Source of the DNA: a bacterium
GTDB taxonomy: Bacteria > Patescibacteriota > Dojkabacteria > JAKAPS01
NCBI GenBank assembly: GCA_021806925.1
Contig: JAKAPS010000007.1
Location: forward strand, 1 to 53,515
DNA: 53,515 bases
Direction of reading: 5' to 3'
Shown one piece after another: positions 50,771 through 53,515 of this stretch (the stretch's first letter is position 1; every line of letters starts with the position of its first letter). Under the pieces are notes generated by a model. The model saw only the letters and a program-made list of their open reading frames with translations, made no database searches and had not been told where the DNA came from. A program made the translations under genes and the position numbers.

Positions 50771-51907
50771 ATGAAAGACACAATAAAATTAGAAAAAATA
50801 GCACAGAGCGGAAAATACGCCAGAGTTTTTGAAGTTACAACAGAACATGGTAAATTTGAGACACCAGTGTTTATGCCAGTTGGAACAACTGGTTCAATAA
50901 AGTCATTAAGCTTCAGGGATATAGATGAACTTGGTGCTAGAATAATACTAGCTAACACATACCACCTTTTTTTAAAACCAGGGATTGATATTGTAAAAGA
51001 GCATGGTGGTATAAATCATTTCATGAATTACAATTCAACAATCCTTACTGATAGCGGTGGATTCCAAATAATGAGTTTGAGTAAAAATTTAAAAATTGAA
51101 AAGGACGGAGTTTGGTTTAGATCTTATCTTAATGGCGACAGATTCTTTATAAGTCCAGAACTATCTATTGATTATCAAATAGGAATTGGAAGCGATATAA
51201 TAATGGCATTTGATCACCCATCATTCATATCAGATACATTTGAAGAAGCAAAATATAAAAAGGAACATACAAAAGACTGGCTTATGAAGTCATTTGATGA
51301 ATTCAAAAAAAAAGCATCGTATCAAAATATTTTCGGAATAGTACAAGGAGGGAACTACGAACAGCTAAGAAAGGAATCCTTGGATGATATACAAAATATG
51401 CCAGTTAATGGCATTGCAATTGGTGGCGAAGCAATCGGTTATGATAAGAATCAAACCATACAAACTCTTGACTGGATCAAAGACTATATTGATCCTAATC
51501 GTTTACACTATACAATGGGAGTGGGTGATATTGATGATATATTTGAGGTCGTATCAAGGGGAATTGATATGTTTGATTGTGTTTCTCCAACAAGAATAGC
51601 AAGAAAAGGTACAGCCATTGTTTCGTTTGAAAATGGAGGAAATAAAACAAACAGATTCAGGAAAGATATAACTAAATCAATATATCTGAAAAGTTTTGAT
51701 AAAATTGACCCTTGGTGTGATTGTTTCACATGTAGAAATTATTCAATTGGTTATATATGCCATTTATTTAGAAGCCATGAACTATTAGCATATAATTTAT
51801 TATCGATTCACAATTTAAGAATGATGACAAAATTAATGGAAGAAATAAGGGAGAGTATAAAATTAAACACTTTTGAAGAGCTAAAAGCAAAATGGATGAA
51901 CTACTAA
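50771..51907 (+). CDS. tgt: tRNA-guanine transglycosylase
   Basis: TPVFMPVGT, LANTYHL, LTDSGGFQ, FGIVQGG, DMFDCV.PTR and CDC..C zinc site; ATG at 50771 preferred. Confidence 0.96.
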   Translation: MKDTIKLEKIAQSGKYARVFEVTTEHGKFETPVFMPVGTTGSIKSLSFRDIDELGARIILANTYHLFLKPGIDIVKEHGGINHFMNYNSTILTDSGGFQIMSLSKNLKIEKDGVWFRSYLNGDRFFISPELSIDYQIGIGSDIIMAFDHPSFISDTFEEAKYKKEHTKDWLMKSFDEFKKKASYQNIFGIVQGGNYEQLRKESLDDIQNMPVNGIAIGGEAIGYDKNQTIQTLDWIKDYIDPNRLHYTMGVGDIDDIFEVVSRGIDMFDCVSPTRIARKGTAIVSFENGGNKTNRFRKDITKSIYLKSFDKIDPWCDCFTCRNYSIGYICHLFRSHELLAYNLLSIHNLRMMTKLMEEIRESIKLNTFEELKAKWMNY

Positions 51908-52773
51908 ATAAAGAATTAACTAAAATAAATCCTAAAAGATTTACGAAGAAGAAACTCACAATTCTTCTTCATCATATTCTTATGGTTAGATTTGAAGATC
52001 CTTACATATCAAGTAAGATATTAAATTTAAATGAAGATGATATTTTCTCCTATTTCTATAAAGGTGAATACCTTCAGAATAGAAAACACATTGTGTTTGA
52101 AGCAAGTTATTTATCATTTTTCTGGGAAAGATATATAAAAGGAAGGGAATATAGCTATAACACATATAAAGACACAATAGATTCAATGCTTCTCCACTTT
52201 AATGAAGAATATTTTACAGGATATATAAAAAACAGCTTAAAGATATATAACTATACCAGTCACTATAACCTATCAATAAGTAATAAATTAAATGATTATC
52301 TTGACAGTGATGTTGATGATAAATACAAGGGAACCATTAAGGAGAAAAAAAATATAAAAAGAAAATACACTTTCTATCATATTGTTCTTGTAGAAAGGTC
52401 ATGTAAATTGCAAATACTTGTACAAATTGATAAGAAAAAGCATGATGTTAATTTGATAAAATCAATGTCAGTTAATAATAAACAGTCTAAATTAAATGAA
52501 ATATTCATAAAGAAATTTCCAAATATAAAAGGATATATAGAGTCATATAGTTCAAATATATTTGGAACTGATGAATACACATATATTGTAATATATAGGT
52601 TAAATAAATTATTTACAAAAAGATTACATGATGAGTTTTTATGGCTCAATATTACAAATACAAATATATGTAGATTCAGTCCATATGAAAAAGATTTAAT
52701 TTTTTACTTATCGCAAATATATTCAACAAATGAACACATAAAGATTGGATATGATGGTGTTATATTTAAATAG
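51892..52773 (+). CDS. Hypothetical protein
   Basis: 293-aa ORF overlapping the end of tgt; no recognisable motif. Confidence 0.55.
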   Translation: MDELLNKELTKINPKRFTKKKLTILLHHILMVRFEDPYISSKILNLNEDDIFSYFYKGEYLQNRKHIVFEASYLSFFWERYIKGREYSYNTYKDTIDSMLLHFNEEYFTGYIKNSLKIYNYTSHYNLSISNKLNDYLDSDVDDKYKGTIKEKKNIKRKYTFYHIVLVERSCKLQILVQIDKKKHDVNLIKSMSVNNKQSKLNEIFIKKFPNIKGYIESYSSNIFGTDEYTYIVIYRLNKLFTKRLHDEFLWLNITNTNICRFSPYEKDLIFYLSQIYSTNEHIKIGYDGVIFK

Positions 52774-52816
52774 ATAAATTCAATTATTATATATAATAGG
52801 GTATAATACATGTGTA

Positions 52817-53011
52817 ATGGCAATAAAAAAAAGAGTTATAGATTATACTAAGTACATGTGTAAGAAATGTGGTTTCCTATATGACCCAAAGTATGGAGAT
52901 CAAGAAAGTAATGTGAATCCATTAACAAATTTCAATGAAATACCTGATGATTGGAAGTGTCCAATATGTAATTCTGACAAGACTGATTTTGAAGTATTTA
53001 CGCACCTATAG
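52817..53011 (+). CDS. Rubredoxin
   Basis: YMCKKCGFLYDP...F..IPDDWKCPIC motif. Confidence 0.93.
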   Translation: MAIKKRVIDYTKYMCKKCGFLYDPKYGDQESNVNPLTNFNEIPDDWKCPICNSDKTDFEVFTHL

Positions 53012-53078
53012 CTCAATTGGATAGAGTAGTTCGCTTCGAACGAGAAGGTTACAGGTTCGAGTCCTGTTAGGTGCACCA
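53002..53078 (+). tRNA. tRNA-Arg (TCG)
   Basis: GCACCTA/TAGGTGC acceptor plus ACCA, anticodon loop CTTCGAA, T-arm ACAGG-TTCGAGT-CCTGT. Confidence 0.92.
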
Positions 53079-53231
53079 ACAAGTCCTTTATCAACCTCAT
53101 AATCATAGTTATGCCTTATATATTCTGTTATTTTTAGAATTTTTAGCCTTATTTTAGATACTACATATGCTAAAGACAATCTCACAAAATTGTTAGATTT
53201 AAGGCATCAACTCCTAATTTTCTTTAAGTAA

Positions 53232-53515
53232 CTCAAGTTAAACACTAAAGATAGAAAAAGGTTGAAATGAATGGACGAATAGAAATAGGTTAGCACCCAC
53301 GGAAGGATTAAATACTGATTTTAAGCTATTTTATTTAATATTTCATCAGATTTCTTTTTGTTAGATATTTGTATTGTGTTATTGATAGAAATAGAGAATT
53401 GATCTTGAGTAGATTCTATTATATTGTGAATAGAATCATTAGTTTTAATTTCAAGAATTTTAGAAACAGTAAAAGCTAGAATACAGATAAAGACATGACC
53501 CTTTACTCTAGAAGA
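53232..53515 (-). mobile_element. 3' end of an IS1634-like (IS4-related) element; partial transposase at 53321-53515
   Basis: Minus frame reads SRVKGHVFICILAF...KIA-stop (RxxxHxxIC motif); candidate terminal IR GTGTTTAACTTGAG ending at 53232. Confidence 0.7.

Noticed and set aside
52900-53106. 68-aa minus-strand ORF, or a third recombinase tail at tRNA-Arg(TCG)
   Set aside because: It is the antisense reading of the tRNA and rubredoxin; the recombinase-type frame has stops and no similarity
1-53515. CRISPR array, rRNA or prophage structural genes
   Set aside because: No regularly spaced repeats, rRNA-like sequence or phage structural motifs were seen by eye

Overview
AT-rich bacterial chromosome segment. 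A Patescibacteria/CPR-like host is inferred from the alpha2-type GlyRS, split transketolase, many membrane glycosyltransferases and mostly CCA-less stable RNA genes. The housekeeping backbone has pyrG, glyQS, galU, ssrA, an ECF sigma factor, serS, Hsp20, typA, gnd/zwf/tkt, tgt, rubredoxin and four tRNAs. Accessory DNA sits at tRNA 3' ends. Main observation: two cargo units (about 2236-9220 at tRNA-His and about 35360-38283 at tRNA-Arg(TCT)) are each bounded by the tRNA 3' end on one side. On the other side each has a tRNA-3'-end mimic with exactly 5 extra nt in the T-loop. These sites lie inside the C-terminal coding region of antisense-oriented large serine recombinases, so integration would swap the recombinase tail. 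The tRNA-His unit has no integrase of its own. It carries an unusual five-gene biosynthetic cassette with no carrier protein: formyltransferase, PLP alpha-oxoamine synthase, methyltransferase-like protein, stand-alone adenylation domain, and an MTA/SAH nucleosidase split by an IS630. The tRNA-Arg unit carries a CYTH enzyme and a deoxyribosyltransferase-like/RHH regulator. Other oddities are a 29-codon tmRNA tag, a split CIRCE at hsp20, a rubredoxin stop codon inside a tRNA, and recurrent near-leaderless starts. All protein calls come from motif recognition by eye; no database searches were run.
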